Shown one piece after another: positions 12,745-25,343 of a stretch of 64,000 nt of DNA. Origin of the DNA: Octopus sinensis (lineage: Eukaryota); the NCBI RefSeq assembly GCF_006345805.1, contig NW_021832432.1:682001-746000 (forward strand), written 5' to 3'. The translations under genes and the position numbers were made by a program. Position 1 is the stretch's first letter. Every line of letters starts with the position of its first letter. The notes below the pieces were generated by a model. The model searched no databases. It was not told the origin of the DNA and saw only the letters and a list, made by a program, of their open reading frames with translations.

Positions 12745-13200
12745 GCTGCTATTATTCTGGTTAGGCTCGGATACCACCGCAGCCTCATATACGATCTCCT
12801 TGGCCTCGCATTGGCCTCCCACTGGGCAGTCATTGCACTCCCGGTCTCTACTCGCGTTTTAGGAGTGTTCACTGAAATATTTTTAATGTTGGGCGCACAA
12901 CTAAAGGAGACCCTTAGGTTGTGCCTATTGAACAAACGTCAGTACCAGTGTGATTGCGTGAAGTGCTTGTCCACTAAACTAAGGACTATCCTTCCCACAC
13001 AAGTTTTAACGTTGAGAGAGAAGGGTGGTGCAAACTAAACGACCTTCCAGTGGCGCTTCCTTTTAGGGCCCGGTATATAGGAGATGCTGGCCTTAAACAC
13101 ACTGTGCTGCACTTTGGTAAAATGCCTTCTACATTACTCCCGGGATGACGAAAGACTTGTACATTTGGTAGACGAAAACTGAAAAAGCCCATCATATATG
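12745..13200 (-). mobile_element. Penelope-like element fragment (RT C-terminus/linker to start of the GIY-YIG endonuclease)
   Basis: FAPPFSLNVKTCVGRIVLSLVDKHF...LFNRHNLRVSFSCAPNIKNI...CPVGGQCEAKEIVYEAAV. Confidence 0.8.
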
Positions 13201-13249
13201 GTAGACGGGAATTGTGTGGAAGCCCGTCATACGTGTATATATATATATT

Positions 13250-13514
13250 TTCTCTTTCCGACCAGTCCATCAGATGTAGTTACACATCGCTGGTCACAAT
13301 GCGTTCGCATTGTTTTAGCCTTCGAATGACGCCACCCCGCTGGTTAAGCGAGCAGGCCAACAGGAGAAAGAGTGGTGAAAGAGTACAGCAGGGATCACCA
13401 CCCCCGGAGCCTCGTGGAGCTTTTAGGTGTTTTCGCTCAATAAACACTCACAACGCCTGGGAATCGAAACCGCGATCCTACAACTGCGAGTCCGCTGGGC
13501 CATTGCGCCACCAC
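13250..13514 (-). mobile_element. SINE-C, tail variant 3
   Basis: Same head and core as 11818; unrelated tail. Confidence 0.85.
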
Positions 13515-13517
13515 GTG

Positions 13518-13519
<2 letters not shown>

Positions 13520-13571
<52 letters not shown>

Positions 13572-13620
13572 GTATGACGTGCTTCCACATATACATATAT
13601 ATATGTATATATGATGATGA

Positions 13621-13680
<60 letters not shown>

Positions 13681-13740
13681 GTATGACGTGCTTCCACATA
13701 TACATATATGTATATATGATGATGATAGATATATATATAT

Positions 13741-13775
<35 letters not shown>

Positions 13776-13823
13776 GTATGACGTGCTTCCACATATACAT
13801 ATATATATATGTATATATGATGA

Positions 13824-13870
<47 letters not shown>
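13520..13870. repeat. Compound tandem repeat, 3 units of ~105-110 bp
   Basis: ACACGTATGACGTGCTTCCACATATACAT...GATGATGAT occurs three times, separated by (AT)n(AC)n. Confidence 0.9.
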
Positions 13871-13901
<31 letters not shown>

Positions 13902-14417
13902 TGAAGGTATAAGTCTCAGAGACAACCTTAGACTTTTACGATCCAAAGGGGTTTTCAACCCAATATTTACATGCTGTTATTTATTGTTTTATATGCTTCG
14001 AGATCAACTGCTCAACCCTGCCCCACCAAAAAAAAAAAAAAAAAAAAAAAAACCAACAAAAAACCGAAAACAAAGATCTGTGTGCGCATGTGTGTGTTTG
14101 TCTCGCCCTTTCGTTTGACCAACTGGTGCTGGTGCTGGTTTGTTTGAGACTTAGTCGATTGAAATTCAATAAGTATATCACTGGATTGAAATAGGAAAAA
14201 AAAATTCAATTCCGTAGGAATTTCTAACTCGGATTTAATTCGTATATGGCTTCTGTTTTATAGCATTGTACAATACATTTGTTGCTTAGATACGGTGCCA
14301 TAAATTTTGGGCGAGGTGTAATAGTCGAATTATGTCAACCTCAATTCTTTACTGGTAATTTTTTTTTTATTAGAAATATCTCAGTAAGGGATGAAAGTAG
14401 TAACTATACTAAGAAGT

Positions 14418-14574
14418 AATGTTTATCGCCACATCGATATGGCCGTTCGACATTACTACCGTTTTAACCCCAGGCAGATCCTCGTTGCACCGGTAACCAG
14501 ATGGCGGAGGATCAGCCTGGAGTTAAAACCGTAGTATTAAGTTCGATAGCCATATTGATGTGACGATAAATATT
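14418..14574. mobile_element. Palindromic fold-back MITE-like element (~157 bp)
   Basis: Arms AATGTTTATCGCCACATCGATATGGC...CCAGGCAGATCCTC and GAGGATCAGCCTGG...GCCATATTGATGTGACGATAAATATT. Confidence 0.75.
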
Positions 14575-14632
14575 TTAAAAAATTAATCTAAAAAAAAAAA
14601 TAATAAATGGGAGTCAACTAAAGAGAGATTTG

Positions 14633-15047
14633 GGATCTTTTCGGTTTGAACGGCAGTTTTTTCTAGCGGTGTCATATGAAATTGTCACCCATAATTATGA
14701 CCCTAGAATCGATCTATTGCATTTCAATCTCTTTTAGGGTTAGGGGTGGGGGAAGGGTATCTTTTTTTCTTCACAAATGTAAATAAACCCAATCTGTTTC
14801 TTAAACGAGGGACATATTCATACGGCACAGGATGTTTTTTTTTACCTCAATAGACGTCAGTGATTGGTTGAAATTGCAGAAATTGAAGAAAAAACAACAA
14901 CAAATATCTTACAAACTATAGAATTTTCTCAATAAAGCCAAGAGAAAAAGATGTTTTAGAAACATATTCTACCAGTATACGAAGTTTAAAAGTGTTTAGT
15001 TACGTGGAAATTATTTTAAAAAACTGCCGTTCAAACCGAAAAGATCC
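14633..15047. mobile_element. Merlin-like MITE (415 bp)
   Basis: TIR GGATCTTTTCGGTTTGAACGGCAGTTTTT at both ends; perfect 8-bp TSD GAGATTTG at 14625-14632 and 15048-15055; inserted in a decayed SINE-A. Confidence 0.9.
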
Positions 15048-15864
15048 GAGATTTGAACTCAGAACGTAGCTAAATGCTGTTAGGTACTTTGTTTTACCAG
15101 TGCACTAAAATAATCCCCCCCCCCTCCGCTCTCCTATTCTTTTATTGTTGGCTTTCTTCTCTGCCAGTTTCTGTTTTCGAACTGATAAGCTATTTCTCTT
15201 CTACTTCATTACATCGTAACAAACATATATATATTTTGAAATCTGAATTCGTTTAGAAAATATCAGACAGTATTACTATTTCTCCTCCACAATGAGAAAA
15301 CCTAGGATATCCATAACAACTTATTGTATTGCGAAAACAAAGAAAGTCAAAGTTTGATACGTTTATTTTCCGCTATGGTAATTCATCTCAATTTAGCTTT
15401 TCTTCAAAACTGAATAACAAATTACGAAGACATACAAGGCATGACGATTTTGAAAAATTACCTTTCGATACCATGTTAAAACTTACACCAACTTACACCG
15501 TACCGGTATTTCGTTTTCAGAAAACGTGCATCGATTTTGGAAAATAAAATAAAATAAACCTTAAAAATAAATGGGAGCTATTCGTTCAATTTGACAGCAC
15601 AACGTTTTCGTTAAGTAATCTGAACTGTGGAAGCAAAATAGCAGTAAAAAGATAAATTATGAGTTTGAGGCAAGAGGATTCTACAGAACTTTTGTTAATT
15701 TAATTGTCAGGGATACAACGAATTATTTGAAAATGTTACTCGTTGGAGACATGCCGACTATCCAGGGAGCTATACATCTCTTCCATTTAGCGTTTCTGAA
15801 TTTAGAGCAAAACATTAGCTTTTGTATTTTAGTAAATTGTGGAGACATTGATCCTTATCGATTT

Positions 15865-16160
15865 CTTTTGACTTTTACTTGGTTCAGTCATTTGACTGCG
15901 GCCATGCTGAGGCACCGCCTTGAAGGGTTTAGTCGAACAAATCAACCCCAGTATTGATTATCAAGTCTGGTACTTATTCTATCGTTCCCTTTTGCTGAAC
16001 ATAGCCAACAAGTTGTCGAGCGCTGGACACACACACACAACACAGGCTTCCACACAGTTTTCCGCCTACTAAATTCACTCACAAAGTATTAATCAGCTTG
16101 GGGGTATAGTAGAAGATACTTTCCCAAGGTGCCACGCACTGGGACCGAATCTGAAACCAC
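15865..16160 (-). mobile_element. SINE-B, diverged
   Basis: Matches the copy at 28797-29165. Confidence 0.8.
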
Positions 16161-16469
16161 ACAGGCAATCAATCGAATGACTAAGCAGTAGCGTAGTGAG
16201 GGCTCTAGTTGTTCCGTATGATGGCCAAATTGGCCGCAATCCTTCCTAAAACCTAATATAACTTTAACGCGTATTTGCCACCCAACCCTACAAAGTGATC
16301 ACTGTGCAGTCTACACAGCACGTGCTATGCCACTATGATATGTGGGATTCGCTTCGTTGAGGAGTAGACTACACAATGAGATACACAGTGCTTAATCATT
16401 TATGCCATAATGTAGAAGTCTGGATATGTTTCACTATTTCTATTGTCCAGTCCGTTTCTGTTGGTCTGT

Positions 16470-16982
16470 AGATTCCGGTGGTGGTGGACAGTGGAGACGA
16501 GCAGGGTGAACTTGGTGAGAAACCGACTATTGCTGTTTCTTAGCATTTATCATAAAGGTTGTACATCTTAGAATAGTGTTTGGCGCTATTGAAGCCACTG
16601 ATAAGGTTGTTACTCTTTTGGGTGTACCTATTCGTTTTTATGTTTGTTTGGGTTAAGTAGGTTTAGAATGGTGTTGTAAAAATGATGTGAGGTATTCCAG
16701 ATGTTTCTTGTTGTTTGTAGGGTGACTGTGCGTGTGGTTTAGGAGACTGTAAGGTCTGGAGCTTGTTACTACAGTAGATAATATCTCTAGTATGCTTAGG
16801 TAATTACCATTTATAATATTTTTGTTTCATTGCGACGTCGTTTGTATGATTGGCTTGTAAGCAACATATGATAGCCTGATGTGTATTGTTTTTTTTTATT
16901 GTTGCTAGTTTATTGTAAAAAAGAATGTAGGAGAAATAGTTACCATGAATTTTGTAGGCCTTTCCAGACTGGTGACATTGAT
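16470..16982. repeat. Second copy of the unclassified repeat at 5918-6660
   Basis: Colinear similarity seen by eye. Confidence 0.6.
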
Positions 16983-17947
16983 ATTTATTTTCGGATCTTT
17001 ACTTTCTAAGTTTAAATCACACCATGGCTCAATTGGGTGGCAAATTTAATCCTTCAACCACTTTTTAACATCACAATCTGATATTTTGGGTATCTTTAGC
17101 AGAGTCAATTCTGTTGCAAGCATTGGGTCTTCAGTTTGAAGATCTCTTCCTTTCCCCTCCCATCCGTTTTGGAGGTCTTGTAAAGGGTCACGGGCACTGC
17201 TTTGCCTCTTGTTTTAAAATAATAATAATAAAAAAAAAATGAATAAATAGGTTTTCTTTCAGGTCAGACATCACAAATATATAAAACATAACCAGTTTTA
17301 ATTTTATTTATTTGACAGTAAGCAATATAAACACCTACAACTAGAGAGGCAGGAAAAGAAAATGCAATATTTTCAATACCAATTTATTTCTTAAAAAAAA
17401 GAAGCTACTTCTATTTCATCATGTCTCATGATATATGCAACACTAAGAAAACTCGCCCCACATTCTTTGGTGTCTTACACACGTATTCATATTGTGCAAG
17501 GGTTAATCCTGGCCCGTGTGAGTATATCGTCATAGTAATGTTAACAAGTTGCAAGAAATAGACGGTTCGAAGTAAATGGCTAAAGCCATCTTTCTTTCAG
17601 GGAAGAGTGGTTGATGGTAGAAACGATAGACCGTCAGAAAAAATATCTTGCAAAGTAATAGATGATGTTACTTTGCGTATGAAGCTTGAATCCTGCCAAG
17701 TTCAACTTTTTTCATTCTCCTAAGGTCGATATAAGTATCAATTAAGTACTGGTGCAGATTTAAATCGGTTATTTCCTGCCTCCCCAAAAGAAATCTGTGC
17801 CGTCCTGTCAATACTAGAAATCGAAAATATCAATGTTGTGTATTTGACAACAAGCATTAGAGAAAATTAATGGCAATGCATTTATCTTCAGTCACTGAAT
17901 TTTTCTAAGAGACGATAAACAGAGTGACAGTAGCTTGCATTATATCT

Positions 17948-18172
17948 GTTTCTTTTTATTACCCACAAGGGTCTAAACATAGAAGGGACAAACAAGGACA
18001 GACAAACGGATTAAGTCGATTACATCGACCCCAGTGCATAACTGATACTTAATTTATCGACCCCGAAAGGATGAAAGGCAAACCCGACCTCGGCGGAAAT
18101 TGAACTCAGAACGTAACGGCAGACGAAATACGGCTACGCATTTCGCCCGGCGTGCTAACGGTTCTGCCAGCG
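17948..18172 (-). mobile_element. SINE-A, tail-1 monomer
   Basis: Nearly identical to 8353-8583. Confidence 0.9.
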
Positions 18173-18885
18173 GCACAGTATTTTTTAAAAGCAGCAATAC
18201 TTTTAAAGTAACAAAACTGAATTAGTTTATTTCGTCTAAGATAGGGTAGAAAGGCTTAGTGTTGTAAGTAACGACAGCACAATAGACTCAATGATGAACC
18301 GTCATATGAACCAATAAGGAATGCTCTATGTAGTTGCCGTCCTTACAAAAATTTGCAGCTAAGTCTCGTACCATACCGTCTTACAATAACAGAAATGTCA
18401 TGTTTGTTAATGTAGTTTTCGATATACTAAATTTGTATGCAAAAAGGTTCATAGTGTGAATCTCTTTTTTGATAGATTTGCCTGACGAGTGGGTTAAACA
18501 ACTACAACGGTAGCACTGTAGCAGGTCTCTCACTTGTCGTTTTCAATCAGAAAATTCTTTGTAAATGGTGACATTTGGAATTTTGACGAAGTGAGTAATG
18601 ACGTCCACAAAAATCTGGTCAATAAAATCATACGTAAACATCTATAGTATTTTTCAGAGGTTATATCACCACAGATCTTTCCAATCACATTTGTTCTGAA
18701 GTATATTGAAAGAGACTAGATTTATCAAGGCGGACAGACAGCGGCGAACGGAAGATAGAGGGAATAGAGAACAGAATGAAGTCATGCGTCCACACCAGGC
18801 TCTATTCATTATCAGCTGTTGAGGAACGTCAAGTACGAAGAGTCTTCAACACTAAGTGCCCAAGGTCATACTAGCAGAGGAACCT

Positions 18886-20568
18886 GCTTCTTTATTGCCC
18901 ACAAGGGGCCAACACAGAGGGGACAACACAAAGATATGTGGGTACACATAACAAATAATTGAAAAATGGGAAAACGTATGATATAATGAATGATAAAAAA
19001 TGAAAATGAGAAATGGAATGAAGTTTCCTCTGCCCCACCTCTGAGTTACTTCATTTTGCGTCTGTTCTTTTTTCCTTTTAAACCCGGAGCCTTCCAAAAT
19101 GTCCACTCCGTACTCCTTCAGTAAGAACGTGTAATCCATATTCTCTGGCAGTTTTTGAATGTATAGATCGACTTGCCATATTTTATATGCTTTTTTAAAT
19201 TTTACAATTTTCTCTCTTTGGTTTTCGTCCAACAACTGGCAGCAATGCCACCCTTGCACGTTGTCGAACTTGTGAGTGTCCACCGCTCTAATGTTCTTCC
19301 ACTTTTTTTTTTTATTTCTTCATACAATTTTTTATTTGTGTTATCATACTTCATTACATAGTTTACTTGCTTTTTTTTCCGGGGGAGGGGAGATTGAAAT
19401 GCTTGTGTCTGACTGTGTTTGTTTTCGTGTTGGAGGGGGCGGGGCGGGTAGGTTCAGTGTCTGTAGGGAGCGGGTGGGTTTCGGTATTTATTTTACTGGT
19501 TTCTTACTTTTTCTCTTTTTCTTTCCTGGTGTCACCCATTCGTCTTCCGTTCCACCTGCTTCTTCTGTTACTACTGGTAGTGGTATTGTTTCCTCCTTTT
19601 CTTTTACTGGTTCTTCCATTTTTCTTTGTAGAGGACAGTTTGCTCTAATGTGACCTTTCTGGCCATACTTATAGCACCTGGGTATCCTGCCCTCTACTCT
19701 GACTACCATCGTTGTATCTCTAAACACTTTTGTTTCCGGTAGTTCTTCTATTATATCGTTTGGTCCCCATATCCCCATATTTAATGGGGGATATGGGGAC
19801 CTTTTCAATTCCTTGTTTCCGTTTTGGTGGCCTGGAGAACCTCCATCTCTTCCTCGTTACCAGGCAGAGTTGACATCCGGGGCGACTACTATTACGTTGA
19901 ACTTTATACCACTCTTACTACTATATATTGGCAACAAAGTTACTTCCTCGTTCTTCAATATTATTGACGAGTTTAAACTTGCACTGCCTACATCATTTTA
20001 TTGGACTTTAATTGTACCAAATTTATTGCCTCTTGTTACATACTCTATATCCTGCCATACGTGCCTTAGAACCTTCTCCACTTGGGTCGTGTCATCTCTT
20101 TGATTCTTCCTTCTGCCATTGAGTGTGTTTTATACGCTACCGTACATCTTGTTATTTTGTCAATCATCTCCATTGACGCGGTTACTTCTACCTTTGTTCC
20201 GTCTCTTTTCATCATTTTGGAGTACTTCTTCCGTTCTCTCAAATCTACTCTACTTACTGACACCTTAGACACTCTTGCGTAGCTTCTTTCATTCCTGTTA
20301 GCCCACGAAGTGACCGACTGCTCAGAATCGGACACTTCAGTGTAGCTAATATCTGACGAGCTGAATTCTTCCATTTTTACCTGGCTTACCTTCTTCTATG
20401 AGGAGGTAAGGCACAACTAGGCTGCCACAGGGCAGCAAAAAGCCCAAGTGTTCAAAGAACACTACAATTAACAACGATAATCTCAACAGTAACTTTACTT
20501 TAACAATATCTACGTGAACACTCGATCAGCAACAAAAACTACTACAAGTGAGAAAATTCAAACCTGCG
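18886..20568 (-). mobile_element. ORF1-only non-autonomous non-LTR retroelement (HAL1-like, Tx1/L1-related)
   Basis: 22-bp TSD GGTCATACTA(G/A)CAGAGGAACCT at 18864-18885 and 20569-20590; ORF1 only; 3' end GTCCCCTCTGTGTTGGCCCCTTGTGGGCAATAAAGAA. Confidence 0.8.
19030..20374 (-). pseudogene. Disrupted ORF1 (gag-like nucleic-acid-binding protein with a zinc knuckle)
   Basis: Pieces 20066-20374, 19488-19808 and 18852-19283; VRVEGRIPRCYKYGQKGHIRANC is a degenerate CX2CX4HX4C, followed by EWVTPGKKKRK. Contains stops and frameshifts; no RT or EN motifs seen. Confidence 0.75.
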
Positions 20569-22262
20569 GGTCATACTAACAGAGGAACCTATGTTACGGA
20601 AGCTGACATTCATATTTATTCATTCTCTCTATCTCCCCCTTACGCACTCAGAACCACAGAAATTGTCCAACCACTACTTTTATTCATTCAACTAACTTCC
20701 CAACATTCCTATTTCTTATTGTTAAAGTATATAGCTTTGACAATCGTTTCGTTAGCTTGGAAGGCTAAGTTCGTGTCCTGTAGTGTCTGGCTTCGTCAAA
20801 AGCCCTAACAATGCATACAGTTCTTTCAATTCTGCTATCGACTACTTTACCTGCATGGGCTCCGATATAAACAAAACACCGACGTTGGTTCTCTGACATT
20901 TAAGACTAGGTTAATGCCGGATTAAGTCTTTCCTCACCACAATTATCTCGTTTGAATATTTTCTTCTAGCCTTTGTCCGTATATCACACTCCAGTATTAA
21001 GCTTCAACAATATATTTTCATGTTACAAACAATTGACAGAATTAGCCGAGTTACGCCTATTTATAACTTCTATTCAGATCTCGTCGGTAACAACGATCAG
21101 CATTTCCTCCTTCCGGAATCAATAAAATAAGAACCATTCAAGAACGGAACCTGTTTAGATATGCTGTTCCCTATCCCCCCCCCCCGCTACCAAAGTTATT
21201 TACTGACAACAATAATAGTAACCTAGGGTCATTGTTGGAATAGACTTTTAGGGACCCCATAACTATTGCTTTAGAAATTACCAAATTGAAATAAAAACAA
21301 AGGAAGCGATAGAAACATTTTCAACTGAGAAATGTTGGAACCGTCTTTGTTATTGTTTATCTCCAAGCTCATTTTGATCGAGTAGTTTTGTATGATCAAA
21401 GACATTTCAGCTTTAACTCTAACACCTTTTTAAGGGTATCTTCGACTGTATTATTTAATACAATGATGGTAAGGTTATGATACGCACCAATAGTGACACA
21501 CTTTGAAAACAATATCCCAGTGGTATCCTGTTATACATTTAAAAAAAAAGTTACAATAAAGAAAAAAAACTCAGCCATTTACCTAAGGTGAAACGCTCTT
21601 GGAAGACACATATTAACTAGTCAAAAGCACAAAGACTATTAACGTCACGTGCAGTTGGTGCGACGAAACTTTTGACACCAAATAAATGTTTAAATAAAAT
21701 TTACAGTTACTGTGTTTATGAGTGGTTAATATATTATGTCTTCCATGCTGTCATTGTTTTACTTTCAACACGAATGAAATCACTTGTCAGGTAAGAACAT
21801 CTCTGAGATTCGTGTGACATTCCAATAATCGGATTATTACAGAAATTAAAATTTCGACTCCGGGTAAAAAAAAATCATTTCATTTGTTTATAAAATAAAT
21901 ATTATAAAATATTTTTCAGCTTCTCAGCCCTAAATACAACAGTAGAGATAAATTACTTCAGAGTTCCCAACGTTTATTGATTTAGTTTTAACAATGTTGG
22001 TGGTTACTGGTTGAATGCTTTTCTTTTGTGATTCTTAAGGACGGTCATCAAAAAAAATTAAAACAAAAATAAACGGAAGCTTAAGTTTATATTTATATAC
22101 GTCTGTTTACATTTAGGGTACTTCATAGGAATATTTAAGAATGGAAGAGAATAACCGATTACACCATCTCAGTACTTTGCTAGTTGTTAGTTTATCGACT
22201 TTGGAGAAGAAAAAGTTAAGTGAAACCTCGATTTCAACTTTGAACGTAAAAAGTTGTAGCCA

Positions 22263-22452
22263 CCATATTTGATGGCATACAAGACGCTCTTTTTCCCCTC
22301 AACAAAATGTCTCGAAACATCACCCCGGGTCCTATATGTGAAATTGGGCTTTCCATAAGCGTTAAAGCACAAAACTTTTTCTCCTAAATATGCGCTGCTA
22401 AAATTAGGGTGCATCTAATATATTCGTACGTTTTTTATGCTATCAAATACGG
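22263..22452. mobile_element. pogo/Tigger-like MITE
   Basis: TIRs CCATATTTGATGGCATA and CCGTATTTGATAGCATA (15/17 match). Confidence 0.65.
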
Positions 22453-23414
22453 CAATTACTATAGGACATGGGTTAGATATTAAAAGCAGTATCCATTAGA
22501 GGTGTTTCAAGGATTCCCAGCGCCCTGAGGTAGAGATCCCTTTGATGCACATCCACTCACCATAACAGGCATGGCGGGCCAGAAGAAATTCTGAGCACTT
22601 TTACAACTGCGCTTGGAGCAACATCCCACCACCCTCACCGCCTCATGCTACGCCTACGATCGGGTGCTGTTTGAATGAGAGTTGGCTGTTATGTCTTTGC
22701 AAATCGAGTGACCAAGAAGAAACCTCTTTGTTGGCTGGTGTTAACAAATACTGGAAGTCTAACTAGTAACGGCATTAAGGTGCATGATATGTGAATTCCA
22801 GCCCCGACTAACTATTTTCATCATTATCTAATTCTGTTTAGGTCACAATTTAATCTATACAACCAGCATTCCATTGATACACATGTACATTCGGTAATCA
22901 AATTCGTAAATTACACAGCATCAGAAACTGGAATTCATTAGTGCAACAGTTATTAAGAATTGAATGGAGAGTGGGCTAAAACTCTTCCTTGGAAAACGAT
23001 ATCTACCAGATAACTTTTCTACAATGCTTTTGTTGAATGAAATACAAGGATGAAACGAAGACTTAATAGCTATTGACAGGAAGTTAGAACGTGACCGGAA
23101 ATCAACCAATGAATTAAGCACAAATGAGGAAATAAAACTTTATTAGCTTTCAGTATAGAATACTTTGCTTCTATGAATTAGACCTTTATAATTTATTAAA
23201 ATGTCGCTCTCCCGTCGATAGAGGAAAAGATGGCGGAGGGGTTAGTTTTCAGGCAAAAGCCAAATATTGAATGTCGTTTTCAGAACGAATATTAATTAAT
23301 TAATACAAATACATATAAATAAACAAAATGACTCAAGAGATATCATAATTGATTATTTAATACTTATTATCTCTAGGCGTTTGAATAGATCTCATGATAT
23401 CTATCTCTATTTTA

Positions 23415-23830
23415 TTCTTGTGTCAGCCATTGGACTGCGGTCATGCTGGAGCACTGCCTTGAAGGATCTAGTCAACACAAATAGGCATCAGGACTTATTT
23501 TTTTCAAGTTAGGTATTCATTATATCGATTCACTCTTGACGAACGGCTGCTAAGTTACGGAGACGTGAACGAGCCAGCACCAGTTCTCAAACGGTGATAG
23601 GGACAAACACAACATCCCTACACCTCCACACATCTTTTATGTTCCATTCTTTGCTGGTTTTAGTCATTGGACTGCAGCCATACTGGGTACCGTCTTGAAG
23701 TATTTAGTTGACACAGATCAACCCCAGTATTTTTCTTTTAAAGCCTGGTACTTATTCTTGCCAAACTGCTAAGTTACGGGGACGTAAGCAAACCAACATT
23801 AGTTGCCAGGCGGTGCTAGGGAATAAACGC
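23415..23830 (-). mobile_element. Two tandem 3' fragments of SINE-B
   Basis: CATTGGACTGC.G.CAT.CTGG...GCTAAGTTACGG.GACGT occurs twice. Confidence 0.75.
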
Positions 23831-24404
23831 AAATGCAGGCGCACGCGCACACAGAGACACAGGCAGACAGACAGACACAGACACACACACACACAAGCCA
23901 TATACAACAACTTCACCAAAGCCGGTCCCAAGATCGGTTGAAAAAAGGAGGAAGACGTGCGGGTGGTGGCGATGGTGGTTCAGCAATACCACCTCGTATA
24001 AACATTCACCTGCTACAGAAACAATGAATATGAACCAAGCTATTCCTGATGGACGTGAAAGATGTCTTGATGGACGTAGAAGTGAATGTATGAAATCTTA
24101 GGATAGATGTATGACGGATGCGAGTTGAAGTCGAAAGGAAGCCCAGATCCCGAAGAACCAGATCTTCCAAACCTACTAAAAATAGCTGCCAAATCTTCTT
24201 AGAATCACAACCAACCGTTTTTAAAAAGGAAGTACTGTATATATTTTGCATTATTGAATTATGTGATCACATGTCTAGAATGAAGATCGATGATCTTGGT
24301 TGAAATGTCTTTTATCATTGGCCTACTAAATTAGGGTTGATTTGGGATCTAAACAACGTATAGTGTAATACAAACTTCTATGTACGAGCAAGTCATGGGA
24401 ATCT

Positions 24405-24644
24405 TTATGTGGTCGCTTGACCTGCTAGGAGCAACCTCACATTATCACCTTCTTTTTTGAATAGTCCTTGGAATTTCTTTAAATCTTCCTTGTTTATTAC
24501 TATGTTTTCACTGGGGTGAGTTGCTGCACTCGCAAAATTAATTTTTGATTTTTCCTCTTGTTTAGCCTCGCTAGACATTTTGTCGTCTGCGTTTGAAACG
24601 AGCGCGTGAGATGCCTCTATACTTTTACCTTTCTCCTCCCTCAT
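24405..24644 (-). other. Short ORF of unknown origin (possible LINE ORF1 N-terminus or orphan exon)
   Basis: Non-repetitive protein-like sequence MREEKGK...SKINFASAATHP...; no family recognised with certainty. Confidence 0.3.
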
Positions 24645-24677
24645 TTTCGTCTCTATGCCTTCACACAAAATTCAAAG

Positions 24678-24863
24678 TCGGACTAGAGTGCTTAAGTGGA
24701 GGTAACAAGAAATAAACCAACACAAATAAACCAACACACACACACACACACACACACGTAATGTGAATGTGTGTGTGTGTGTGTGTATGTGTCTTTGTTC
24801 TCTCCCCACCGCTTTGCGACTGATGTCTAGAGAATAAGATGGACAATATGGTTTACTGAAGGA

Positions 24864-24899
<36 letters not shown>

Positions 24900-25046
24900 G
24901 AGTCAATCGGACTAGAGTGCTTAAGTGAAGGTAACAAGAAATAAACCAACACAAAAAAAGAGTAGTGAACACTGTGGCAACGGTAGTAAAAAGCAGAGAG
25001 AAAGAGATACACAGAAAGAGAGATAGAGGGAGAGAGAGAGGTAAAC

Positions 25047-25121
<75 letters not shown>

Positions 25122-25267
25122 GAGTCATCGGACTAGAGTGCTTAAGTGAAGGTAACAAGAAATAAACCAACACAAAAAAAGAGTAGTGAACACTGTGGCA
25201 ACGGTAGTAAAAAGCAGAGAGAAAGAGATACACAGAAAGAGAGATAGAGGGAGAGAGAGAGGTAAAC

Positions 25268-25340
<73 letters not shown>
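24678..25340. repeat. Tandem duplication of a ~220-bp (GA)n-containing unit, plus a third partial copy
   Basis: TCGGACTAGAGTGCTTAAGTG.AGGTAACAAGAAATAAACCAACACAAA at ~24678, ~24907 and ~25128. Confidence 0.9.

Positions 25341-25343
<3 letters not shown>

Noticed and set aside
14734-14745. TTAGGGTTAGGG telomere-like repeat
   Set aside because: Only two units, inside a MITE; not an interstitial telomere.
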